Shown one piece after another: positions 1-15,255 of a stretch of 64,000 nt of DNA (within the stretch, counting starts at the first letter, position 1; every line of letters begins with the position of its first letter). The DNA comes from Octopus vulgaris (lineage: Eukaryota), in assembly GCA_951406725.2 (NCBI GenBank), contig OX597826.1, forward strand, positions 40,610,001 to 40,674,000. The letters run 5' to 3'. Made by a program: the position numbers and the translations under genes. Under the pieces are notes generated by a model, which saw only the letters and a program-made list of their open reading frames with translations, was not told the origin of the DNA and did not search any database.

Positions 1-448
1 ACTTGAATATGGATCTGGGAAGGTGTGATGTCTTGACTCGCGCGTGACATGTATTAAAGTGAAGGAGTGTTGCAAAACGCCGTCTGCCTCACTCTCTTAC
101 TCCTTCCTACCTGATTTCAGTGGCAGAACGAAGACAAGACAACTAGAGATAGGTCAAGATGCAGAGGATGGCCACAATGTCCTTCATGTCTCACCGTGCC
201 TTAAACAATGTCTGCTGGTCTGCCTTCCTGCCCGTTGAACCAATCCCGTAGTTTCCTCCCCACTATCCGTCGGGTCCAGTCTTTACATGCGTAAGTAGAC
301 AACCTCTTGCTCACCGAGGGTTCAAAGCCTTCAGCTACCCTTGCTATGTTTAAGACGGCCTGTGGAAGCCGTTGCTCGGGGTATGACCGCAGTAGCTAGC
401 GGAAAGCTTCGAGGAGTCACAGATGAGAGCTAGGTGTCAGGTGGCGCG
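1..448 (-). mobile_element. Probable 5' region of an RTE-type LINE running off the window
   Basis: GC-richer block starting next to a microsatellite. Resembles RTE 5' leaders from memory. No diagnostic protein motif is inside the window. Confidence 0.35.
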
Positions 449-571
449 CACACGCACACACACGCATCCACAAACACACACATACATACATAGACAGAGG
501 TAGGGAGGAAAATAGAGACAGACAGATAGACAGACAGACACATAGACAGACAGACACATAGACAGACAGAC

Positions 572-716
<145 letters not shown>

Positions 717-1367
717 GAAACTGACCTATTTTCTATTACATCTCAGACGGATTCAGCGCTGAGATGCTGATTCATAAAAATCTTTATAGCAAATATCCTG
801 TTCAATACCGCAGATTTACATGTCAGTTGCTTGACCTTAGCCACTGGAGCATGTCTCTTAATGGCTGACAATATGTACATCTCTGATCATGAGCAGGAGT
901 AGAGGATGAGCATCATAGCCATAAGTTAACAGATTCTTTGAGGTTTTAATAACTGTGACGAAAGTTTGAAGGAAATATTAGCCATTTTTCATACTTTCCA
1001 AGTGTAAACAAATAGAAAATAACAGTTGCTACCCAAGGTCAAAAGTCGTGTAACATAATATTATTTTATAATCAAATTGTTTTGTTAATTAGCTAATCTT
1101 AATTAGAAAGATAAGAGTGTAACTAAGACCAAGATTAAAGAGATTGATTTTAATTTTTCTTGGACATCTGTAGAAAAAGTATTGGTTAAGAATTCCAGAG
1201 GGTTGCTGCTTTGCCGCAGCTTGAGTGGAATGTTTCGTGTAGTGGTCTAGCAGGTGAGTCAGGGTGGATCAGCGTTCATGGAAAGAAGAGATACGGGTTC
1301 AAATGCATTTTCTGGTTCTCGGTAAAGAGGGCATGCAGACAGGTAGTGAAGAAAAACTAAACAAATA

Positions 1368-1779
1368 GTGGCTGTGTGGTAAGTAGCTCGCTTACCAACC
1401 ACATGGTTCCGGGTTCAGTCCCACTGTGTGGCATCTTGGGCAAGTGTCTTCTACTATAGCCTCGGGCCGACCAAAGCCTTGTGAGTGGATTTGGTAGACG
1501 GAAACTGAAAGAAGCCCGTCGTATATATATATATATATATATATGTGTATGTGCGTGTATGTTTGTGTGTCTGTGTTTGTCCCCCTAGCATTGCATGACA
1601 ACCGATGCTGGTGTGTTGACGTCACCGTCACTTAGCGGCTCAGCAAAAGAGACCGATAGAATAAGTACTGGGCTTACAAAAGAATAAGTCCCGGGGTCGA
1701 GTTGCTCGATTAAAGGCGGTGCTCCAGCATGGCCGCAGTCAAATGACTGAAACAAGTAAAAGAGTAAAAAGAGAGTAAA
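1368..1779 (+). mobile_element. Major SINE copy
   Basis: Near-identical to 36418-36853. Confidence 0.9.
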
Positions 1780-2945
1780 TACTAGGATTCGTGTCGATTT
1801 GTCACAGCATATCATCGATTTGACACTGAAAAAAAAGGGTAACGCAAGGTGAAATTCCGTAAGATTTCAAATCAGAAATAAATTTCTGAACATACATTGG
1901 CGCGGGTGTGGATGCATGGTAAGAAGTTTGCTTCCCAATCACATGGTTTCAGGTTCAGTTCCCCTGTGTGGCATCTTCAGCAAGTGTCTTCTACCATAGC
2001 CTCAGGCCGACCACAGCCTTGTGATTGAATTTGGTAAACAGAAACTGAAAGGACATCACATATATGTGTGTGTATGTGTGTGTGTGTGTGTGTGTGTGTC
2101 TGTGTGTCTGTGTCTGTGTGTCTGTGTCTGTGTGTGTATGTGTGTGTATGTGTGTGTCTTTGCGTTTGTGTTTATCCCAAAACACTGCTCGACAACTGGT
2201 GTTGGTGTGTTTACGTCCCTGTAAATTAGTGATTCGGTAAAGCAGACCGACGTGATAAGTACTAGTCTTAATACAGAGAGTATGTACTGGAGTCGATTAG
2301 TTCGACTAAAATTCCTCAAGGCGGTGCCCCAGCATGGCCGCAGTCTAATGACTGATACAAGCAAAAGATAAAAGGTATGAGGAAAATAGAAGACACGCAC
2401 ACATACACACAAGTAAAGAAATTATAATGCATCTTGTAAAAATTATATTTATTGTCTTGATAAATAAAATATATTCCTTCATTTTATGGATTGAATAAAT
2501 TTAGATATTTGTTAATGTTTACTATAAATGGTAAAGAAAAGGTGCAGTTTATTAGATTCGCAAACTTTGAGTTAGGTTACGTAATCAAATTCTAAATTAA
2601 CAAAATTATTTAAACTCGGAAACTTACTAAAGGGAAATCTAACGTTTGCTTATTTTATTTTTATTTCTTTTATTAAATTTTTTACATTCTTTATGCAATA
2701 TTTAGTTTCATGAGTAAACATAACATATACATAGTTGAAATTTACAGAAAAACAAAAGACGAAGGCAGGTATATAAACAGCACACAGGTGTATTAGTTTA
2801 ATGCTCAGGAAGTTGAAGAAGTCTTTTACGTTTCGAGTCTACGCTCTTCAGCAGAAAAGAACAAGAGGAAATTAACAGAGAGAGAATAAACGAAATACGC
2901 AACATGCTTTAGAACAAGACATCACAGTCAATCATGGCGGCTGTG

Positions 2946-2978
<33 letters not shown>

Positions 2979-3037
2979 TATATCATATATACATATATGT
3001 GTACACATGTACATATGTTAGATAGAGAGAGAGGGGG

Positions 3038-3110
<73 letters not shown>

Positions 3111-3232
3111 CTATGCACACACACACACACACACACACGCACACAAATACGAACACATGTATATAAACATATACATACATACACTCAAACTGCCGTGTGT
3201 GCGTCAGTGTATAAATAGATAAATTTATGCGG

Positions 3233-3278
<46 letters not shown>

Positions 3279-4155
3279 GCGTATTATATATTTGCGTTTT
3301 GTTTATTTTAATTTAATTCTATTTCGATTTATTCCCATTTTTCTAATCAACAAAAATAGTCAAACATAATTATGAAACCCTAATTAATTAAATCTAAATT
3401 AACCTTTATTGAAACACGTCGAGTTTAGGTCGACTTGCTCAATTGTACGTTGTTGTGCTTATCTCAAAGACAGCCTCCGGCGCATCTGCAGGTGATGTTT
3501 TCTTTTAAAGCATGTTGAGTATTTGTGTGCACGTGTTTTTATGTGTGAATATGTGTGTTTGTGTCTGTGTATGTGAATGTATATGTGTGTTTGTGTGTGT
3601 GCGCGTGCATGCGCACGTGCCTGTGTATACAACTTTGTATCCGTGTGTATGTATGTGTGTATCTGTGCGGAGAGTCCTACATGTGTGAGAGGTGTCTGGG
3701 GGTGTGCATGTGTGTGTATATGCACATATCTGTGTGTCTGTATATATTTGTGTATGTGTGTGCATGTGTTTGAATGTGTCTGTGTGCATGTATATATGTG
3801 TGTATGTCTATCTTTCTGTGTTGGTTATGGTTTTTCTATCTTTTTTTATGCAAATGTTTGCTACGGTGTTTTTCTCTGTCTTCCTGGTTTCGTCGTTTTC
3901 GGTCTTTACCAACCGCTGTTTTCTAACTAATGAATAATATTTAACTAAATATAATTACTGAATAATATTAGTATTTTGTCATATTATCAGTTAAACAGGG
4001 TTTTACAAATAAATGTTATTTATTTTCAAAATTTGTTTTCTGTTATTTTGTGTTGACTTAAAAGAAAAAAACTGTCAGGTGGAAATTGATTTTGCAAACA
4101 TTTTGTCATTTATTAATCACTCTGAAGTAAGCACTTCATTGAATTTGTTTGCAGG

Positions 4156-4271
<116 letters not shown>

Positions 4272-7017
4272 AGGGAGTATGTTTGTGTGTGTGAGTCAGT
4301 GAGTGCGTTTGCTTATGTGTACCGATTCAAGTTACTGAATACCTCTCTTATCAATAAAAAATGTTTGTGAAATCAATTTCCAGATGACAAACTTTCTATT
4401 TCATTAAATAAATGCAAAATAAAATAAAAATAGATGATTTTTTTTTAAATATGTTTAATGAAATACAAATCACATTTATTTGTGAATTTGCATCTAGTTC
4501 CTAATATAGCTATTTCGAATTTAGACATAGCGCCAGCAGTTTTGAGGAGGGGTGCAAAGTCGATACCATGGGTTTCACTGGCTCTTTATTTTATCGAGCA
4601 CTAAAGGATAAATGGAAAAATTGACTTCGGCAGGTTTTGAACCTAGAACGTAAGGAGCCAGAACGACTAATAGAAGTTTTTGCTTTTTATCTCTTTCCCC
4701 ACGCGCTTACGATTTCCCAAGTTCCCCATTTCTGGTGTGGTGTTAATATAATAAATGCTAATGCTGTTTTGTAGTTATATTTAGTTTAATAACTGTTTAT
4801 CGTTGACAGGTGTTGGGTGACATTTAAACAAGGGAGATAACAACCAAACAAATCGAACAGTTCTTCGGGAATAATTAGTGATTATCTCTAAGTACTCACA
4901 CACACACACACACACAAACACGCGTATCTAAACTAGTGTGGTTAAATTGTAAAGTATGGCGCATGTGAAGTTAAACGTGCTTTATTGCAATGAAACGGAT
5001 ATAAAATAAACGAGAAGATATAAAAAAAAAGATCTCAAAATAAATATATTGGTTTTAAATTTTCGCAAAAGGCCAGCAATCTCAGGAGAAGTGTAAGTCA
5101 ATTACATCGACCCCAGTGTTTAACTGGTACTTATTTTTTCGATCTCGAAAGAATGAAAAGCAAAGGGGACTTCGTCGGAATTTGAACTCAGACCGTAAAG
5201 ACGGACGAAATGCAGAAATGCTGACGAAGCTCCAGAGTTTAAACGAACAGCATTCCCAGCTGTACCTCCTTTATCTCTCTAAAATACTTTTCTATAGAAC
5301 ATATTGTAGATACATCTTGTTTCTTTTACTTGTAATATCATGTATTGCTAAATGGAAAAGTAATTTTTGACTAACGTATCCTCAGTTGTATGATGTCCAG
5401 TTTCATCGCCTTTATAATTTCATCATTTAACTTTAGCGGGTAAGACTGTGCTTTAGGAAGACTTTGAGTTCATTGAATCGAATTTTACTTGTTTTCGGAT
5501 CAACTACCATTGTACAAATACGTCTTGCAAGACTATATGGAATGTTCCTTTAATGTGTGAAGGATAGTAAGAGTATACTGTGTGTTTGTGTGTGTGTTTT
5601 GGGCGGGGAGCTTCGTAAAATATATCCGTTGTTACTGTGGAGTCGCATATTTTACGTGAATGTCTAGGAACAGATAGTCATTATGACTGAGTTTTCTGTC
5701 GTGAATTTGATAAATGAGTGAGGAGTATTCAAAATATTATTGAATATTGGTAGATCATCATTTGATTTCTGCCCCAAAATAAATCAGACATCGAAGAAAC
5801 GTTTCCACTTGTCGATGACATATTTCTTGAAATTTTGGTCAAAAGTTTGGTCTACTTTTTCCCCTGAAAAAAATCCCTAAGTTATCATATGAGATGGTAA
5901 ATTTGCAAAATAAACAAAATAAACAAAATAAAAGGAATCATGTAAAGCTGTTGCGAGGCCATCATATCTAGGCCGAAACCACATTCATACGTAATATGTA
6001 CATGATGTCATAGGTGTGTATAACACAATACGTTCCAATGAAATTGATAAAGCAATTTGGGTGTCCCACATACACGTACTTATAGAAATATATCCACATT
6101 GATTAGTAAAGAATCTATATATATACATACACATACACACACATACATATAAATAAGCATATATACATAGGCATGCATATACACATACATTAAAATAGAA
6201 AAAGCCCGCATACATATCTCCGTGCATATACACATATAATATATTCATACACATACATCTAAATACAGAAAAAATGGATATAGTAGTTAGATGTATATTC
6301 ATACAGGCATATACATCTTAAATATTCTATAATGTAATTAAAATAATTCTATAAAATTTGCAAGGTAATATTAATATTCCTACCCAAAGAATTAGTAATT
6401 TTCAAAAATAATAATAGAGAAACTTATATTCTAAAGTATACTTATGCACATACATATATACACACGCACATACATATACATATATATATATAACTTTCAA
6501 CTTGATAAAGGCATACACATACATATATACACATATATACATTTACATTTATACATATATATCCATATACATACATATGCATACATATATACACATACAC
6601 ATAAAGATATCATATACATTTATAAATATATATCCAAATACATGTGAATATATACACACGTACATGCATACATAGATGTACATAAATACAAAAAAACAAC
6701 AAGTAAAAAGGCAAATATATAGGGTAAAATATTTTCTTCCACCAAAACCTTTGCCTGAAAACAATATATCCTACATGTATAAATCCGGCTATACAGAAAT
6801 TATAATTTTGTATTTGCCACTATGATCTACACATACACAAAAATAAAAGGCCATATGTAGTCTTTTGTGTGCGCGTAGGCATATACAGATATACACTATA
6901 CGGCAATGGATAGGTATAACATACATATATATGGATATACACATATATACATACAAATATTTTGTTTCTCATATCTGTGGTGTTAACATTACCGACATGT
7001 ACATTCAAAAAAAAATA

Positions 7018-8222
7018 TATACATTCTGAAATGCATCCGACCATATACATTTTATCAATAGGTATTTCATTCAAAAACAAGGATATACATATTTTTTATT
7101 ATCTAATAGGTCCATATAAGTTATTATATGTACAATCATTTAGTTTGGTTATACTACAGTTAGCTAATTTAGGCTATTAAGCTATTATAGATTTATGTGT
7201 TAGAATTCTTCAATTGTATAGTTCAATTTAGCGAAAGTAATATTATGTCTATAGTTTAAAAAATATGATTATATTATTTTAAAATATATATTTTTTTAAT
7301 AGTGATGATGTGTATGTGACCTCAAATCTCATCTATAAGTCAATTTTGTTTAATAAAAAAGTACCACCTACTTATATGTTTACATGAAAAAAACTTTTTT
7401 ATTTCTCATACTAACCAGGTTCCTTTTTCTTTTCATTATTTTGTAGTTTTCCTCTAGGCATAATCTACAGAACTTATTGTTAATTTTGTAACTAGGTGCA
7501 TGTGCTAAAATATTCCATTTGATTGTGTAGTTGACTTTGTTTTTTCAGATGCCATATTTTCTTTGAAAGTTCTGTACTATTCATTTTGTTTTTCTCCCTG
7601 AAAGTCGATTCGTGATCCGGGATTAGCTATTCTTAATTTAACCCAATTCTGTATATCCAATATAATAAAACTTGGTCATATCTTGTGTAATTATTGTTGT
7701 CTGGTATACCACATTTTTTCTTCTGCATCCCTCTCTAACTTGTATCTATCTGGCTCTCAGCAATTACAAGTAATATTTTGGGTAGATAATGAAATATTAT
7801 TATACTTTGTAGATTTATATAAGTTATTGTCGGTATAGTTATTTTTATTGTTAAAGGTATTATCTATACTATTTTGTTCTACCTTTTTGTCGTGTACTTT
7901 ACAATCTATTTGTGTCATATTTTCATAGAATAAATCGAGTTTTCTCTTATTAAACGAAGAGATTATCCTAAAAAGGTTGGAAGAAACAGAAAATCCAAAT
8001 TTCATATGTTTTTCATTAAATATTTTTCTATATCTAGTGTTTTTAAAGTTATTGTTTATAATCATTTTAATAGATTCAATAATATTTGTTTTTGATTGTT
8101 TAGCGAAAGGAATTATGATCCATATAGTTTTATCTGAGTCTACCTTATTCATAATTTCATTTTTTGTCACAATATCGTTTTTTCTCACACAAGGTATTAG
8201 TTTCTTCCTTACTATGTTCTTA
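7018..8222 (-). mobile_element. Penelope-like element, 3' part (linker + GIY-YIG endonuclease + 3' UTR), decayed
   Basis: ORF 7757-8365 has WIIIPF..YRKIFNEKHMKFGFS..CNC. Frameshifted continuation gives TELSKKIWHLK...IKWNIL..A.SY....FCRLCLEEK, typical of the PLE C-terminal GIY-YIG domain. Confidence 0.85.
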
Positions 8223-8236
8223 TAATAATAATAATA

Positions 8237-8332
<96 letters not shown>

Positions 8333-8386
8333 TATTATTATTATTGTTATTATTATTATTATCATTATTATTATTATTATTATTAT

Positions 8387-10465
8387 GTTTGTCTTTTGCT
8401 TTGTATTGGTACAATTTGACTCTAAGTCTCACCCAGAGACCACAAGAGACAAGTTAGAGGTGTTATGCCTAGAGTGTCATACTTTTGGTTTTGTACTTAG
8501 TATTGTTCTAGAGAATGTTTGAGAAAATATAAGAAAATTATGAATTTGTTTTAAAATTCTGAGATTACATAGACAGTATTTTACGGAGAATATGGGCAGT
8601 TCCCATGAACACTATCTTTTGGATTTTTGCCATTTTGGGGTTTCCTGGTATCTGAACTAGGTAGGAATCATCCCGTTTTGCTATCATTCCTAGGGCGCCT
8701 ATGACCACAGGTATTGTTTTAGTCTTGAGGTTCCACATTTTGCCAATTTCTGTTTCAAGACTTTTTTTATACCTGCTCAGTTTTTGGTAGGTCTTAACAG
8801 ATATATTTATGTCGATTGGGACAGTCATATCAATGAAGAGGCATGATTTTTGTCTGAAGTCTTTCAATATAATGTCTGGCCTATTCGCATCTACATTTTT
8901 GTCAGTATGAATGGTGGAGTTCCAGAGGAATGAGATGGGATTATTTTCAAGCACTGGAGGTGGTTTGTGTTCCCACCAGTTTTTATCATGGGGCAGTTCC
9001 GGGTTTTTGCAAATTACTGAGTGAACATATTGTGCTGCTCTATCATGCCTGTTGAGATACTCTGCAGGCGCAAGAAGACTGCACATGGAGACAACATGAT
9101 CAATGGTTTCATTTTAATTACATACACGATATGTTGGGCTACTGCCGTTCTTTAATACAGTGGCATGGTAGTTCCATTAATCTTGGGCTGCTATGATAAA
9201 CCCCTCTGTTTCTGATTTTAAGCCAGAAGACACTAACCATTGATGTATAAGGGCTTTGTCAACATCGGCACTATTAGCTATCTTTGGGTATTTGCCATTC
9301 GGAGGTTTTTCATGCCATTTATCAGTAAGAATATCTAAGGCAGCAGTCTTAGCACGGGTCTTCATACTCTTAGCTTTTTCTGCGCTTGTTTCTAGTACGT
9401 CTAATTCTGGAATTTGTGGTATTTGGAATTCACTTAGATATACTTTTGTCTGTTTTGTTACTGAGTATAATGCCTTCTTGTTTTCATGCTTTGAGACAAG
9501 TTTTAACATCCAGTCCTCAGAGTTTTTTCAGGTAGATGTCTAGACCAATTGTGGCAATCTTCATTCTTAGTTCCAGTTGTAAAAGTCCACGGTCACCTTC
9601 TTTTCTTGGCAGGTAAAGTCGTTCTATATCTGCCTTCTATGCATTGTCAACAATTTTCGTATTTTTCGATCAAGATTACATATTTCAGTAATTTACCAGT
9701 TAATGATATTGAAACTGTAAGTCACGACCGGTATGGCTAAAGTATTGATCGCTTCGATCTTGTTTCTTGCATTCAGATATCTTGAGTAATGCCCTTACCC
9801 TGCGATAAAATTATCTTCTGATCCTTTCCCTCATCACTGAATGTTTGATTCTGTTCCATTCAAATACATCTTGGTATTTGTAGCTATAATTGTTGGTTCT
9901 AATTCCTTTATGACATTCTACTGGTCAAGATTAACGTTGGATATTTCTGTCATTTTTCCTTTGATAAAGGTAGCTTTTGTACATTTATCGACACCAAATT
10001 GCATCCTGATGTCATCACTGACTTGTTTAACAATCGCCAGTAAGCTCTGTAGTTGTTGATCATTTTTTCCAAAGAGATTTAAAATCACCCGTGTAAATGA
10101 GATGATTTATATTTTTATGAGACATTTTATAGCCGTATTGTACATCATCGAGCAATTTAGAGACGCATTAAGGCTAGACAAAAGAGGAGTGGTGATAGAG
10201 AGTCACCCTTGAAAATGCCGCATGGAATTCTTACATCTCCAGCATTGAGAGATTCACTGTCACTGTTCAAAGTCAGTGTGGTTCTCCGTGATCTCATACT
10301 TACAGACAAGCAGTTTCGCAAAGTAGGTGCTATTTTATACGTTTCCAGACATTTCTTAATCCAGCTATGTGGTAGACTATCAAAAGCTTTTCTATAATCT
10401 ATCCAGGCTATCCATAAGTTTTTGTGACAATCTTCAAAGATCATCTTATTAATGAATAGCTGATC

Positions 10466-10468
<3 letters not shown>
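8387..10468 (-). mobile_element. R4/Dong-type non-LTR retrotransposon (RT + restriction-like endonuclease), 5'-truncated, inserted in (TAA)n
   Basis: WIDYRKAFDSLPHSWI, GIFKGDSLSPLLF, LKSETEGFIIAAQD, RHDRAA, NRPDII, IPVVIGALG, GTAHILRKILSM. (TAA)n on both sides. Confidence 0.9.
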
Positions 10469-10516
<48 letters not shown>

Positions 10517-11034
10517 GAGTGAGAGAGCAGTTCATGCCATCAAAGTGACACTGGGGTAAAATATACGAAGGGTACACCAGGCACATGCATCACAACCATA
10601 TGTGCGCGACATGGTGATCTCATATCAAGATAAACAGCACATGACCTTGCAGATGGGGCCCAGTTAGAAATTTCTTCAGGTTGAGTAGCCCATCCCGCTC
10701 AAAAGGTCCCTGAATAAGGGTTGTTTAAGGATGTTGAAAGAACCACCCATGTTTCCAGAGGTGAATTATTCAAACCCCAAAGAATCCCTCTCAACACATG
10801 GCTATGATGCTCCCCCACTACTTCTGCTCGTGATCAGAGATGCACATATCGTCAGCCACTAAGGGACATGCTCAACTGGTTAAGGTCAAACAACTGCCAA
10901 ACAAATCTGTGGTATTGAGCAGAATATTTGCTGTAGCCCATCTTTTATACCAAGACAAAACAATGTACATGATAACACTTCCAATCAGTTAAGATCAGAA
11001 GCCATGAGAGCCACTGCCTGGTACTGCATCAGGG

Positions 11035-11036
<2 letters not shown>
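10517..11036. mobile_element. ~520 bp non-coding interspersed repeat inserted in (TTA)n
   Basis: Bounded by (TTA)n on both sides. A diverged reverse-complement copy of its 10770-10945 part lies at ~755-945. Confidence 0.65.
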
Positions 11037-11111
<75 letters not shown>

Positions 11112-11113
<2 letters not shown>

Positions 11114-11240
11114 TTTACTCAGACGATTTATATTTTCCTTTTTTGTTATCTTATTCTTATTATTCCTAATCTCTATTCGAAAGTTGTAATAATTGTTGTA
11201 TACCCAAGTATTATTTTTATGTTTATCGTCATTTGTTATA

Positions 11241-11315
<75 letters not shown>

Positions 11316-12830
11316 GTAGTAGTTGTAGTACTTGTTCATATTTTTATTTTTATTTTTCGTAATATATTCTCCATTTATTGGTTTAATTTCCTTATTACAA
11401 TTATCTTGTTTAACATATTTGTTATATTTATAATAATAATAATATTAATAATGACAATCATTATTATTATAGTTTTGGGGCATTTTCATCCCTACTTTGT
11501 AAGAATTCACTATTTTTATTGGTGTATACATTTCTAGTTTTATCGCTATTATTTTTATTTTTATGTTCATTTTCATTTTCCTTGATGTTAGAATTCTTAT
11601 TGTACTTAATTTTATAATTATATCCTGCCTTTTTTAGTGCTATATTATAATTGTCTTTATGCTTATTAAATACTTCTTCATTTGAAGATAGAATATTAAT
11701 TCTTCTCTCAATATTCATACTAAGGTTCTCAATAATTTTATGTGGATGATTACTATTTGCATTCATATATCTAACGCTAGCGTCAGTTTTTTTATAGGGT
11801 TGGTGAATACCTGTTTTAAGGTTAAAGTTAACGTCAAGGAAGTTTACTGTGTTATTTTCTTTTCCAACTGAAATTGATAGACCGTAGTTCTTAATAGATG
11901 TATGTAGTCTTTTTTGCGATTTTCTATATTTCTATTAGTAGTGTTCCTTATAAAGAACAGAGTCGCCACAGTAGAGTCCTCTTTCTATTTCAGGAAACTC
12001 TTCCTTAAATTTATGTAGAAGATAGATTCCGACTAAATCGGTTATCTGGGCTGAGTCATCTGCGCCCATTGGTATATCAAAACAATCACATGTGTCTTTT
12101 CTTGCCCAATATTCACCTTCGTGGAAGATGACTGTTTTTCTTGCTACAAGTATGATTTTAATTTCTTTCATGGACAAGTTAATTCTATTCTTTGCAAATA
12201 TAAGTTCCTTATTTAATACAATAGGGTTAATAGGTTGGTAATAATCGTTAATGTCTATTTGTATAAATTGACATTAACTCATATCTTGAATCTTATTAAA
12301 CCAATCAATTGCATCCTGTGTTCTCGACCATAGGCTAAGTTTAATTTTACTTTTTAGAGAATGAGCATATTTATCTATAATTATTTTGCTAAGTTTTCCC
12401 ACGTCGGATTTACATGGACATATCAGTCTAACTTTAGGATCTATTTCAAAATTTTCTTTATGATCTTTTGGTCTTATTCTTGGTTTTAAAGGTTCATAAA
12501 TCTCAGTTATGTCGTCAATGTTGTATTCATTCATTATTTTCTTAGCTTCGAGAGTAATAGATCAGAATAGTTTTTATTTACTATTTTGTATTTTTTAAGT
12601 GTCTCCTTATGTAACAGTTCATGGTATAGTTTCACATTATACAAATTTCCAGTTTTGTCCGCTTGCACTATTATTCCTTTCATTCTTTTAAGATCAATTT
12701 ACTTTATTCTTTAATTTTCTTAAGTGTTTGTTCTTGAGGGAATTTTTCTTAAACTTAATATTCTTTACTAATTTCCATAAATAATCTTCAAAATTCTCCA
12801 ATTTTATGTTTGCTGGGGGACTTGTCTTGA
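11112..12830 (-). mobile_element. Penelope-like element reverse transcriptase region (probably Naiad-type), 5'-truncated, decayed
   Basis: Fragments PKVRLICPCKSDVGKLSKIIID, FDIPMGADDSAQITDLVGIYLL, GLYCGD (for GLYRDD), VNFLDVNFNL and SNHPHKIIENL are collinear with the 7018-8222 part across the insertions. Confidence 0.85.
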
Positions 12831-14261
12831 TTTAAAGTAGAACAAAAGAGTATGAATAATACCTTTAACAATAAAAATACCTCTACAGACAATAACATAT
12901 AGAAATCTACAAAGCATAATAATATTTCACTATCAACACAGAATATTAATTGTAAGTGCAGAGACCCAGATAAATGCAAGTTTAATGAAAAACATATAAG
13001 ATTTGGATTTTCTGTTTCTTCCAGCCTTTTAGGATAATCTCTTCGTTTAATAAGAGAAAACTCGATTTATTCTATGAAAATAAAAGACACAAAAAGATTG
13101 TAAAGTACACGACAAAAAGGTAGAACAAAATAGTATAGATAATACCTTTAACAATAAAAATAACTATACCGACAATAACTTATATAAATCTACAATGTAT
13201 AAAAATATTTCATTATCTACACAAAATATTACCTGTAATTGCTGAGAGCCAGATAGATGCAAGTTAGACAGGGATGCAGAAGTAAAAATGTAGTAAGCTA
13301 GACATCAATAATTACACAAGATATGACCAAGTTTTATTATATCGGATCTACGCAGAATTGGGTTAAATTAAGAATAGCGAATCACGAATCGACTTTCAGG
13401 GAGAAAAACAAAATGAATAGTACAGAACTTTCAAAGAAAATATGGCATCTGAAAAAACAAAGTCAGCTACACAAACAAATGGAATAATTTAGCACATGCA
13501 CCTAGTTACAAAATTAACAATAAATTCTGTAGATTATGCCTAGAGAAAAACTATAGAATAATGAAAATAAAAGGAACCTGGTTTGTATAAGTAATAAAAA
13601 TGTTTTTTCATATAGACATGTAAGTAGGTGGTACTTTTTTATTAAACAAAAATGACTTATAGATGAGATTTGAGGTCACATATACATTATCACCATTTAA
13701 AAAATATATATTTAAAAATAATATAACCATATTTTTTAAACTATAGACATAACATCACTTTATATATTAATAGCTAAATTGAACTATACACTTGAATGAT
13801 CCTAACATATAAATCAATAATAGCTTAATAGCTTAAATTAGCGAATTGAAGTATAACCAAACTAAATGATTTTACATGTAATAACTTATATGGAGCCATT
13901 AGATAATAAATAAATACGTATATCCTTGTTTTTTAATGAAATACCAATTGATAATATGTATATGATCAGATGCATTTCTGAATGTATATAAACTGACACC
14001 ATTTACGTGATTGTCATAAAATATAATAATGTGGAATCGAGCTATTTTAGGTATTGAAGAAAAGGTTTCTTTTCAAATAAATGATTATTTCCTCGATATA
14101 TTTAGTTTATGGCGAAAATATTAAGTCTTTACACATGAGGAAATCTAAAAATCATATATGTATTTGTAATCAATACAGGGTAGACAACATTTGAAAGCCT
14201 TAAATATTGGGTACTTTTTTTCTTTTAAATGCGTACATACATACATACATACATACATACA

Positions 14262-14295
<34 letters not shown>

Positions 14296-14635
14296 CATAC
14301 ATATATACATACACATACATACATAAATACATACATATATACATGCATACATACATACATGCATACATACATACATACATACATACATTCATATACGCAC
14401 ATACATACATACATACATATATACATACATACATATATACATACACACATTCATACATACATACATACATACATACATGCATGCATACATACATACATAC
14501 ATACATACATACATACATACATACATACATACATACATACATGCACATAATTATGCGTTTACATAAAAATGGGAGTATAATAAAAATTACTCTCGAAACA
14601 CAATATGTCAATTTCAATTACTAATAGTGTCCTGC

Positions 14636-14636
<1 letters not shown>
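12831..14636 (+). mobile_element. Inverted copy of the PLE 3' end (inverted pLTR-like segment)
   Basis: ~12990-13990 is the reverse complement of ~7018-8010. 12831-12988 is a further diverged copy of the linker/CxC segment. Confidence 0.85.
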
Positions 14637-14673
<37 letters not shown>

Positions 14674-15255
14674 AACAAAAACGCAATAAAGGGCATGAAA
14701 ACGTTCGGACAGATAGACGACTCAAAGGCGGACAAGAGAAACAACAATTAGAAGGACAGGCAAAAAAAGATGGGTCATTCTTGGCTTTCTTTCTTCAATC
14801 AAGTATCAGAAATCACGGCCATTTCGGACAGCTACACTTGAGATGGTTCGATTTGGTCGTTCCCAAAAAAGTCCAACCTAAAAGCATTAGACCCCTTTGT
14901 AAGAAAGCTAGCGAATGTGTACGGCAAAAAAGACAAAAAAACAAACAAAAAAAAACGGAAAACATGGTACAGAATTACGAATACAAACAACAAGAAATAA
15001 CAACGCAGGACACTATTAGTAATTGAAATAGACATATTGAGTTTCGTGTGTAAGTTTTATCATACTCCCTTTTTTATGTATACACATAATTATATGTATG
15101 TATGTTTGTATGTATGTATGTATGTATGTATGTATGTATGTATGTATGCATTTAAAAGGAAAAAGTAGCCAGCATTTAAGGTTTTTCAAATGTTATATCA
15201 TATGATTTTTAGATTTCCTCCTGAGGAGACTTAACAGTATTTTCGCCATAAACTA

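Noticed and set aside
5945-5990. HHR-like CTGTTGCGA-GGCC..GGCC-GAAAC
   Set aside because: The core has the wrong length and there is no convincing stem I or III. At most a dead remnant.
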